Made by a program: the position numbers and the translations under genes
Assembly: GCA_016192035.1 (NCBI GenBank)
Contig: JACPUW010000030.1
Span: forward strand, 6,322-70,321
Direction of reading: 5' to 3'
From: Bacteroidota bacterium
GTDB taxonomy: Bacteria; Bacteroidota; Bacteroidia; CAILMK01; JACPUW01
DNA length: 64,000 bases
In this document: positions 56,702 to 64,000 of the stretch, piece after piece
How the letters are laid out: every line of letters begins with the position of its first letter
Numbering within the stretch: position 1 is the stretch's first letter
Notes under the pieces: model-generated
Told to the model about the DNA's origin: nothing
Databases searched by the model: none
The model's input: the letters and a program-made list of their open reading frames with translations, nothing else

Positions 56702-58438
56702 ATGCATTTACCCCAAGAAATAACCCGTGAAATACAGCGGTGGCTGGGCAGCGACTACGATGAACATACCCGCCAGCGCGTTCAATCACTCGTGGATGAC
56801 CAGAAAGAAAGCGAGTTGATGGATGCATTTTACACTAAACTCGAATTTGGTACCGGCGGTCTCAGGGGCCTCATGGGCCCTGGCCCCAACCGCATGAACC
56901 AATACACCGTGGGGGTAGCCACCCAGGGATTTGCCAACTATTTGAACAATACCATCAAGGGCCAAGAGATAAAGGTGGTGGTAGCCTGTGATAGCCGCCA
57001 CCAATCCCAGTATTTTGCACAAATCACCGCTCAGGTCTTTGCCGCCAACGGGTGCAGGGTCTATTTGTACCCCGCCCTTAGGCCCACCCCTCAATTGTCG
57101 TTTACCATCAGGTATTTGGCCTGTCACGCAGGGGTCATGATCACCGCCTCGCACAATCCCAAAGAGTACAATGGATATAAGGCGTATTGGTCAGACGGTG
57201 GCCAGCTGCTAAGCCCCCATGACCGTGGCGTAATGGATGAGGTCAACCGTATAGGATCGGTGGCCCAAGTGCGGTTTCAAGGAGGGAGCCAGCGCATAGA
57301 AACCCTGGACGAATCACTGGACCAGGTGTATAGGGATGCCCTGCACCAACTGAGTTTTGACAATGGATTTGTGGCCCGGCAATCAAACATGCCCATAACC
57401 TACTCATCCCTACATGGTACCGGTATTACCCAAGTGCCCCAAACCCTGGCCCGGTGGGGATTTGCCAATGTGCATGTAGTGGATGCCCAGGCAGAGCCAA
57501 ATGGCCAGTTTCCCACCGTGATATACCCCAACCCCGAGGAGGAAGAAGCCATGACCCTCTGCCTGCGCGATGCAGCGGCACATAAAGCAGTCATAGCCAT
57601 GGCCACCGACCCCGACAGCGACAGGGTAGGACTGGGCATAGAAGGGCCCGATGGCAGGTACGCACTGCTCAATGGAAACCAAATAGCCTCATTGCTGGTG
57701 GACTATGTGCTTAAATTGACCCAAGAAAACCAAGCGTTTAAGCCGGGCGACTATGTAGTCCGCACCATAGTCAGCACCCCGCTCATTGACAAGATAGCCC
57801 ATAAATATGGCGTACAGGTGTATCACACCCTTACGGGTTTTAAGTACATAGGCGACCTCATAACCCGCTTGCAGGACAATCAGCGGTTCCTGGTGGGCGG
57901 CGAAGAAAGTTATGGCTATATGGTAGGCAGCCTCACCCGCGACAAGGACGCTGTGGTGAGCTGTGCCTTTCTGGCCGAAATGGCCGCGTATTATCAAGAT
58001 AAAGGCATGTCTATCATGGATGTACTAATTAACCTATACCTAGAGCATGGCTTGTACCGCGAAAAATTGGTGTCAATTACCAAAAAGGGCAAACAGGGAA
58101 CGGAAGAAATAGCCGACATGATGGCCCGCCTGCGGCGGCAGCCTCCCAGTACCCTGGGCGGGGTGGCGGTGGTCCAGGTATGGGACTATCATACATCAAC
58201 CTGGTGGACACCTGAAACCTCACAACAAGGACGTATAGATTTGCCTAAATCAAATGTGCTACAGTTTGTTACCCATGACGGCTGTACTGTGTCGGCCAGG
58301 CCCAGTGGCACAGAACCCAAAATTAAGTTCTACTGCAGTGTGCGCGGCAACCTCACCGACAAGGCTTGCTACCAGGCTACCCTGGCCAAACTGGATGCCA
58401 AGCTCGACGCCATCATGGGCGATTTGCTGGCCGGTTGA
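56702..58438 (+). CDS. Phosphoglucomutase/phosphomannomutase family phospho-sugar mutase (PgcA-like, 578 aa)
   Basis: Active-site Ser loop ITASHNPKEYNGYK, the metal-binding loop region, and the four-domain size. Confidence 0.85.
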   Translation: MHLPQEITREIQRWLGSDYDEHTRQRVQSLVDDQKESELMDAFYTKLEFGTGGLRGLMGPGPNRMNQYTVGVATQGFANYLNNTIKGQEIKVVVACDSRHQSQYFAQITAQVFAANGCRVYLYPALRPTPQLSFTIRYLACHAGVMITASHNPKEYNGYKAYWSDGGQLLSPHDRGVMDEVNRIGSVAQVRFQGGSQRIETLDESLDQVYRDALHQLSFDNGFVARQSNMPITYSSLHGTGITQVPQTLARWGFANVHVVDAQAEPNGQFPTVIYPNPEEEEAMTLCLRDAAAHKAVIAMATDPDSDRVGLGIEGPDGRYALLNGNQIASLLVDYVLKLTQENQAFKPGDYVVRTIVSTPLIDKIAHKYGVQVYHTLTGFKYIGDLITRLQDNQRFLVGGEESYGYMVGSLTRDKDAVVSCAFLAEMAAYYQDKGMSIMDVLINLYLEHGLYREKLVSITKKGKQGTEEIADMMARLRRQPPSTLGGVAVVQVWDYHTSTWWTPETSQQGRIDLPKSNVLQFVTHDGCTVSARPSGTEPKIKFYCSVRGNLTDKACYQATLAKLDAKLDAIMGDLLAG

Positions 58439-58516
58439 CAAACCTATTTGTGGGCCACCGTGCAGCCCTATCACTGGCCGGTGCATTATGGCCGCTGAAC
58501 CAACATGTACTAACCC

Positions 58517-58933
58517 ATGAAATCATTTTCCCTTTTGCTGGCAGCCATTCTCATACTTGGCTCATGCAGCACCACCAATCCCGATTCCAAATGTGGCCGA
58601 TGCACCGACATGGCCTGTACCGAAGAGTTTGCCATGATCATGGTATCGATTAAAGATGCCAATGGCAACCCGGTAATACTCAATGAATACACGGTTTCTT
58701 TTGCCGAAGGCAAAAAAAACAAGACCCAATATGAAGATGCCTATCTTTCAAACCAGGGCTTGTATGCCATAGCTACCGACCTGGACATGGACGACATATT
58801 GTGCGCAGGGACAAAAATTTCCTTTGAATTCAATGTGGATGGCAAAAGCCCACACCGCTACGTCTATACCATAGGCAAAGACTGCTGCCATGTCCATTTC
58901 ATATCGGGCGATTCACTTGAAATCATATTGTAA
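58517..58933 (+). CDS. Hypothetical lipoprotein (138 aa)
   Basis: Lipoprotein signal MKSFSLLLAAILILGSC. No family recognised. Confidence 0.45.
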   Translation: MKSFSLLLAAILILGSCSTTNPDSKCGRCTDMACTEEFAMIMVSIKDANGNPVILNEYTVSFAEGKKNKTQYEDAYLSNQGLYAIATDLDMDDILCAGTKISFEFNVDGKSPHRYVYTIGKDCCHVHFISGDSLEIIL

Positions 58934-58984
58934 ACCAGGCTTTTGAGAAACAAAGACTCCTATACAAGCGGGAAAATCTCCTCA

Positions 58985-59410
58985 ATGTCATTGTCTGCCA
59001 TGGCCTTCTTTGTTTTGGCTGCTTGTGATGGACAACGATCAGTAGAACAGGCAAAAAGGGAGGTAATTCTGGCAGAAAGGGCGTTTGAGTCTATGCTGGC
59101 TGCCCAGGGAATGGCAGCGGCTTTTTCACATTTTTCCGACACACAAACAGTGCTCCTGCGCCAAGGCGATAGCCTAATAATGGGACGTGAAGCCATTTGG
59201 GTCTTTTACAGCCAAAACGCCGATCCACGCGCTTCACTCTCTTGGGCACCCCAATTTGTGGATGTGTCAAATGATGGCACCATGGCCTATACCTATGGCC
59301 ATTACCTATACCAGGTACCCGACTCGTCAGGGCAGATAACCAAACATAGGGGCGTGTTTCATTCAGTGTGGAAGCGAAAGGGCGGGGAGTGGAAGCTGGT
59401 ATGGGATTGA
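58985..59410 (+). CDS. NTF2-like / DUF4440-like lipoprotein
   Basis: Signal MSLSAMAFFVLAAC, then an NTF2-like core (AERAFESMLAAQGMAAAFSHFSD...EAIWVFY...VWKRKGGEWKLVWD). The family call is from memory. Confidence 0.45.
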   Translation: MSLSAMAFFVLAACDGQRSVEQAKREVILAERAFESMLAAQGMAAAFSHFSDTQTVLLRQGDSLIMGREAIWVFYSQNADPRASLSWAPQFVDVSNDGTMAYTYGHYLYQVPDSSGQITKHRGVFHSVWKRKGGEWKLVWD

Positions 59411-59652
59411 AGCACTGGCTCTGATAGGGTTAGGCTTTGGATTAGGTTCTTTGAAAATTAACTGTATGAAAATCACTGAAAACGAAGTTGGAGCAGGGGT
59501 ATGCCTATGCGCCAATGACCGCCATGATTGGCTCTTATAGTTTAAATGTTTGTTGTTCAATGGTTTATTCTATTCGTACTTAGTTAAAAAATAAATACTG
59601 TAAGTGGCATGTCAAGTGGCAAGCCATACCCCAATTTTGCGCCGCTTTTTCC

Positions 59653-60075
59653 ATGACCCAAATAACAAAGCCAGCCACGCCTTTCCGCTCCAGGACATTT
59701 TGGGGTGTAGGCCTCTTGGGTTTGGTTTTGTTTTCCCTTCTCTCTAGCGCAAGTACTATCCATGCCATGGGCTATGATGGGCCCAATGAATTGCCGGCCG
59801 TGCTGGATGTGGGCAATGCACTGGGAATGCCCATGGGCTCCTGGCACTGCTTGGAACTGGAAGAGGTGAAGGAAGTAGAAACGGATAGCGAAGAGGATGT
59901 CAAAGAACAGAGGGACTATAGTATAGGTTGCCATGGACAAGAGCGCGGCGTCATTGCAGCGGTCTGGTCAAGCGGTTGGCAGTCAGGCTATGGTGTGCAT
60001 AGTTTTTTAGGACGGGCTCCCAGGCCCTTGTACCTCCTCTTCCGCTGCATAAGGGCACATAGCCTGTTTCCCTAG
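59653..60075 (+). CDS. Doubtful hypothetical ORF (140 aa) upstream of dabA
   Basis: It has one TM-like stretch and an acidic segment. It overlaps an equally plausible minus-strand ORF (59584-59940), so its coding status is unclear. Confidence 0.2.
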   Translation: MTQITKPATPFRSRTFWGVGLLGLVLFSLLSSASTIHAMGYDGPNELPAVLDVGNALGMPMGSWHCLELEEVKEVETDSEEDVKEQRDYSIGCHGQERGVIAAVWSSGWQSGYGVHSFLGRAPRPLYLLFRCIRAHSLFP

Positions 60076-60187
60076 GCCATTCATGTCCATATGCCGTGCG
60101 GCTTGTTGGCAGCACTGCCCTTGGCCACGCCTTACTCCCATTCCCCGCTTATTGTTTCCATTTCTTTAAGCCTAATTTTTCATTCCC

Positions 60188-62701
60188 TTGTTACTTGAAA
60201 ACGAGGTGCTGCACAAGCTGGGACACTACTTGCCCAGCCAATTGGCACTCAAGGATTTTGTCCACCACAATACGCTCCATGCCTTTGAACGAAGGCCTTT
60301 TCATGATGCCCTATGGCAGGCATCACAGGCTTTTGGCTACACCACTTACCTATCGCTTGAAGAGTTTAGGGCCATGCATGGCCAGGGCAGGGTAAGTGAT
60401 GAGGCCTTAGACAGGGCCATATTGGCCGGTACCCCTGCCGCCCCTGGGCATGACCAGGCCGCCCAACTGGCATTCTGGCGTGAGCGCATGTTTCACTATT
60501 CCCCTCAAAAGGCCATTTCTGGTAGGCTGGGCCAAGTGAGAAAGGTCTTTAAGGACCAACTCCGGATTAACCTGGGCAAGCTTACCCATCCCATTTTGTT
60601 CAGATTGTTATCCGCTTATTTTGATCAAGGGGTAGCTACTTGGCGCCTCCCATTGCCGCCCCAAGGCTTTTTGCATACCATACGACAGTTGTCCACCAAC
60701 GGCTTTGCAAACATTTTCAAAACCAATCGGTGCCGCAACCTGCTGCTTAATGAACAGCTTACCGTTTTCGATTTGCTGGAAATGCTCATTGGCGATAGCC
60801 GGCTATTTGAAAACTACCTTTTTGACCAGCAATTTGAGCATCCAGGTTGGTCAGGTTTTGTCCATACCGTGTCATGTCAACCAGCCACCCTGTTGGAGCA
60901 CCGCCCCATTAACCTTAAAGAGCTGGTAGTATTTGAGTTGTTGCTTGAGCTTGATGTGGTGCTGCACCGGTGGAAAGAGGGCTACAAGCCCATAGGGTAC
61001 TTAGTGGACTACCCAGTGATACCCATAGACGCTCCATGTCCGGCCGATGATGACCTGCCCGTGGTGCTGCGCCTTTGGCAGGAGTCATATGAGTGGACGT
61101 ATTTCAATGAGGTGCTCAAAGGACTTATGGCCCCTATTGCCATCACCCCTAAGCCAAAACCTTCTTTTCAAGCCCTTTTTTGCATAGATGATAGGGAATA
61201 TTCCCTGCGGCGGCACCTGGAACGTGTGGACCCAACTTGTGACACCTATGGTACGCCAGGGTACTTTGGCATAGCCTTTTATTACCAGCCCGAACACGGC
61301 AAGTTCTTCACCAAGGCATGCCCCGCCCCCATATCACCCGCCCACCTGGTGAAGGAAGAAGGGCGCCGCAAGGGCCACCGAAAAGATCCACATCTATCGC
61401 GCCGTAGCCATAAGCTGCTCTGGGGTTGGCTTATAGCCTCATTCTTGGGGTATTGGTCGCTGCTCAAACTGCTGGTAAACCTGGCCAAGCCTTCCCTCAC
61501 ACGCACTACCAATTACTCATTTGCCCACATGGACCAAAAGGCCCGCCTCCTCTTAGAGTCCACGGGCCAGGTAGAACACGGCCTTCAGGTAGGTTTTACC
61601 CCTGCCGAAATGGCCCAGAGGGTGGAGGCCGTGCTGCGAAGCATAGGCTTGGCAAGAAATTTTGCCCCATTGGTGTATGTGGTAGGGCATGGAGCCACTT
61701 CTACCAACAATCCCTATTTCGCCGGATATGATTGCGGGGCGTGCAGCGGGAGACCAGGGGCGGTAAATGCCCGTGTGTTTGCAGACATGGCCAATAGGCC
61801 TGATGTAAGACAATTGTTGGCAAAAAATGGATTGACCATTCCGCCCTCCACGGTTTTCATGGGTGCCATGCATGATACTACCCGCGACCAAGTATCATTT
61901 TATCCCGATGCACCCCTTAGCGCAAACAACCAGGCTATACATGAGAAGCACAGGGAATATTTTGAAAAAGCATTGAAAATGAACGCAAAAGAGCGCTCAT
62001 ATCGATTTGCTACCGTACGGCGGAGCCTTACCACCGACCAAGCCCACCACACCATGGCGCTTAGGGCATACTCCCTGTTTGAGCCTAGGCCTGAGTGGAA
62101 CCATACCGACAATGCCCTCTGCATAATCGGTAGAGACCAGGTATATAGGCACCTGTTTCTTGACAAAAGGCCTTTTATCAATTCATATGATTACCGCGAG
62201 GATCCCACCGGGGCTAGTCTTATCGGCATCTTGTCGGCGGCCATCCCGGTTTGCGCGGGTATTAACCTAGAATACTATTTCTCACGGGTGGACCAGCAAA
62301 TGCTGGGCGCCGGTACCAAGCTGCCACACAACATAGTAGGGCTCTTTGCAGTGAACAATGGCATAGACGGCGACCTGCGTCCGGGTTTGCCCAGCCAAAT
62401 GGTGGAGATACATGATCCCTACCGAATCTTGTTCGTCATAGAGCACTTGCCTGAAGTTGTGCAGAAGGTGTTTGACTCCCAGCCCGCCCTATACCACTGG
62501 GTACAGCACGAATGGGTGCTGCTCTGCGTGCTTCACCCTATGGATGGGCAGTGTTATCGCTATTGCCATGGGGAATTTGCTCCCTATGTGCCTTTTGGCC
62601 CGCCGGTTTCCACTGTTCAAAATGAGGGTGACATACTAGAGGTAATTGACAAACAAAAAGCACTGGCGGTGAGGGGCCAATTAACCAACGAGCTGCTATG
62701 A
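60188..62701 (+). CDS. dabA: DabA (DUF2309/PF10070) beta-carbonic-anhydrase-like subunit of a DAB inorganic-carbon pump
   Basis: 837 aa of typical DUF2309 size and N-terminus (LALKDFVHHNTLHAF). The predicted Zn-site residues are conserved, by analogy to characterised DabA: CxD in FCIDDREY and His...Cys spaced 15 aa apart in VGHGATSTNNPYFAGYDCGAC. The start codon appears to be TTG at 60188. A GTG at 60206 is an alternative. Confidence 0.8.
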   Translation: MLLENEVLHKLGHYLPSQLALKDFVHHNTLHAFERRPFHDALWQASQAFGYTTYLSLEEFRAMHGQGRVSDEALDRAILAGTPAAPGHDQAAQLAFWRERMFHYSPQKAISGRLGQVRKVFKDQLRINLGKLTHPILFRLLSAYFDQGVATWRLPLPPQGFLHTIRQLSTNGFANIFKTNRCRNLLLNEQLTVFDLLEMLIGDSRLFENYLFDQQFEHPGWSGFVHTVSCQPATLLEHRPINLKELVVFELLLELDVVLHRWKEGYKPIGYLVDYPVIPIDAPCPADDDLPVVLRLWQESYEWTYFNEVLKGLMAPIAITPKPKPSFQALFCIDDREYSLRRHLERVDPTCDTYGTPGYFGIAFYYQPEHGKFFTKACPAPISPAHLVKEEGRRKGHRKDPHLSRRSHKLLWGWLIASFLGYWSLLKLLVNLAKPSLTRTTNYSFAHMDQKARLLLESTGQVEHGLQVGFTPAEMAQRVEAVLRSIGLARNFAPLVYVVGHGATSTNNPYFAGYDCGACSGRPGAVNARVFADMANRPDVRQLLAKNGLTIPPSTVFMGAMHDTTRDQVSFYPDAPLSANNQAIHEKHREYFEKALKMNAKERSYRFATVRRSLTTDQAHHTMALRAYSLFEPRPEWNHTDNALCIIGRDQVYRHLFLDKRPFINSYDYREDPTGASLIGILSAAIPVCAGINLEYYFSRVDQQMLGAGTKLPHNIVGLFAVNNGIDGDLRPGLPSQMVEIHDPYRILFVIEHLPEVVQKVFDSQPALYHWVQHEWVLLCVLHPMDGQCYRYCHGEFAPYVPFGPPVSTVQNEGDILEVIDKQKALAVRGQLTNELL

Positions 62702-64000
62702 AATTGCTGATACATATATGTTTATTCATTCCATTTATAGGGTTTGCCATCAGTTTGGCCATACGGCGGGGGCGCGAGGCCAATATGGCCCGGCTGGCCT
62801 TAGTGACCATGATCGGCAGCCTTATATCCATTGTGGCAGCGGTATCCTACTGGCTTGTTGGTGGGGGCAAACCCGTCAATGTGCACGACCTGAGCCTGTA
62901 CGACGATAAGGCTGGGCATTTTCATTTTTTCCTTGATTTCTTTATGGATAGGGTCACCTCCGTGTACCTGCTGGTGGGGGCTACGGTAGGCCTGGTAGTG
63001 GTGGCATTTAGCCGCAGGTACATGCACCGCGAACATGGCTACGGGCGTTTTTTCAATACCATCCTGTTTTTCTATTTCGGTTATGTGTTTACCGTGCTGG
63101 CAGGCAATCTGGAAACCCTTTTTATGGGTTGGGAAATGCTGGGCATTTCTTCCTTTTTGCTCATTGCATTTTATCGATTGCGCTACATGCCAGTGGCCAA
63201 TGCCATAAAGGTTTTTTCCATATACCGGCTAGGTGACGTGGGCATGTTGCTCACCATGTGGATGAGCCATCACCTGCTGCATGAAAATGTGGCCATTTAT
63301 CAATTGAATTTTGATGGAAACCAAACAATCATTCTTGACCACTACGGCGAAGCCTTGTTTCTGGCCATCATGATCATATTGGCGGCCTCGGCCAAATCGG
63401 GGCAACTCCCGTTTTCAGGCTGGCTCCCCAGGGCTATGGAAGGGCCCACTCCTTCCAGTGCCATTTTCTACGGGGCACTGTCCGTACATGCAGGGGTGTT
63501 TTTGCTATTGCGCACCTATCCTTTTTGGAAAGGCATTGTCTTGGCGCGGGTGCTTATTGGTGCCATAGGCTTGGCTACCGCCATAGTGGGCTCACTCATA
63601 GCAAGTACACAGTCCACCATCAAAGGGCAGGTAGCTTATAGCGCCCTTTCGCAGATAGGCATCATGTTTATTGAGGTAGCCCTGGGTTTGGAAATGGTGG
63701 CCCTCTTTCACTTTGCAGGCAATGCTTTTTTGCGCACCTATCAGTTGCTGGTGTCGCCTTCATCGGTAGCCTACTACATGCGCGAACAGTTTTACCACTA
63801 CGCACTTCCGGTGTACCCTTCCTTTCGTTTCCCCTTTATGCGCAGGGCATATATGGGCGCCTATCTTTTTTCCATCCGGGAGTGGAACCTTGACATTTTG
63901 CTATTTAAATTGATTTTCAAGCCATTAAAAAAATTGGGCAAACCCCTGTGGTTCATCCGGCGCAAGTCGGTGCTCTACATTCTTCTGCCGGTGTATGCCC
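62698..64000 (+). CDS. dabB: DabB (NuoL/MnhA-like proton-conducting membrane subunit, PF00361), 3'-truncated by the window edge
   Basis: Manual translation from the ATG at 62698 gives MKLLIHICLFIPFIGFAISLAI... and stays open and multi-TM to position 64000. Motifs LFMGWEMLGISSFLLIAF and AILAASAKSGQLPFSGWLPRAMEGPTPSSAIFYGALSVHAGVFLLLR match the NuoL/Mrp antiporter-like core. ATGA start/stop overlap with dabA. It is absent from the ORF track because no stop falls in the window. Confidence 0.75.
   Translation, partial: MKLLIHICLFIPFIGFAISLAIRRGREANMARLALVTMIGSLISIVAAVSYWLVGGGKPVNVHDLSLYDDKAGHFHFFLDFFMDRVTSVYLLVGATVGLVVVAFSRRYMHREHGYGRFFNTILFFYFGYVFTVLAGNLETLFMGWEMLGISSFLLIAFYRLRYMPVANAIKVFSIYRLGDVGMLLTMWMSHHLLHENVAIYQLNFDGNQTIILDHYGEALFLAIMIILAASAKSGQLPFSGWLPRAMEGPTPSSAIFYGALSVHAGVFLLLRTYPFWKGIVLARVLIGAIGLATAIVGSLIASTQSTIKGQVAYSALSQIGIMFIEVALGLEMVALFHFAGNAFLRTYQLLVSPSSVAYYMREQFYHYALPVYPSFRFPFMRRAYMGAYLFSIREWNLDILLFKLIFKPLKKLGKPLWFIRRKSVLYILLPVYA

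Noticed and set aside
59584-59940. Minus-strand 118-aa ORF upstream of dabA
   Set aside because: It overlaps the equally weak plus-strand ORF and lacks any recognisable domain, so I treat the whole interval as unresolved.
60096-60395. 99-aa ORF overlapping the dabA start
   Set aside because: It is out of frame with, and internal to, the strongly supported dabA reading frame.
1-64000. CRISPR arrays, tRNA/rRNA genes, transposases, integrases
   Set aside because: I found no short direct-repeat/spacer periodicity, no tRNA-like cloverleaf candidates, and no DDE or tyrosine-recombinase motifs on reading either strand. A tRNAscan/CRISPR-finder run would be needed to be certain.

Overview
This 64 kb window is a chromosomal segment from a member of Bacteroidota, at roughly 53-55% GC. 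I assign it to Bacteroidota from the SusC/SusD pair, several cargo proteins carrying T9SS C-terminal sorting domains, Bacteroidetes-style lipoprotein signals, and a TonB-dependent receptor with an N-terminal CarbOxypepD_reg-type domain. It is densely coding, about 60 genes on both strands, and is a mix of housekeeping and accessory content.

Working left to right, the window contains:
- a RimK ATP-grasp module whose last gene is cut by the left edge;
- small stress and redox genes;
- an orphan sensor histidine kinase split by a 1-nt frameshift;
- a TauE/SafE exporter gene whose 3' end is present twice, as diverged direct repeats of about 240 bp. The repeats bracket a roughly 2.3 kb AT-rich island (about 40% GC) encoding three overlapping secreted proteins or lipoproteins of unknown function. 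This is the best candidate for a horizontally acquired, uncharacterised module in the window;
- an LPS/O-antigen-type envelope polysaccharide cluster: coaD, a GT4 glycosyltransferase, a Wzx flippase, two tandem Wzz-like co-polymerases, an O-antigen ligase/polymerase family gene and a GT39/ArnT-like GT-C;
- T9SS cargo proteins (one carrying YD repeats plus FN3, one with a CxxCH motif), a TonB-dependent receptor, ComM, and a SusC/SusD pair with no CAZymes;
- two two-component systems (LytS/LytTR and an orphan NarL-type regulator);
- dcd, a membrane desaturase, a PPTase, a WD40 protein, RarA, a SPOR protein, hflKC and a phosphoglucomutase;
- at the right edge, a dabA-dabB (DUF2309 plus NuoL-like) inorganic-carbon pump operon whose DabA keeps its beta-CA-like CxD..H..C zinc-site residues.

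I saw no CRISPR array, tRNA, rRNA, transposase or integrase. All functional calls come from reading motifs and architecture by eye. No database search was possible.
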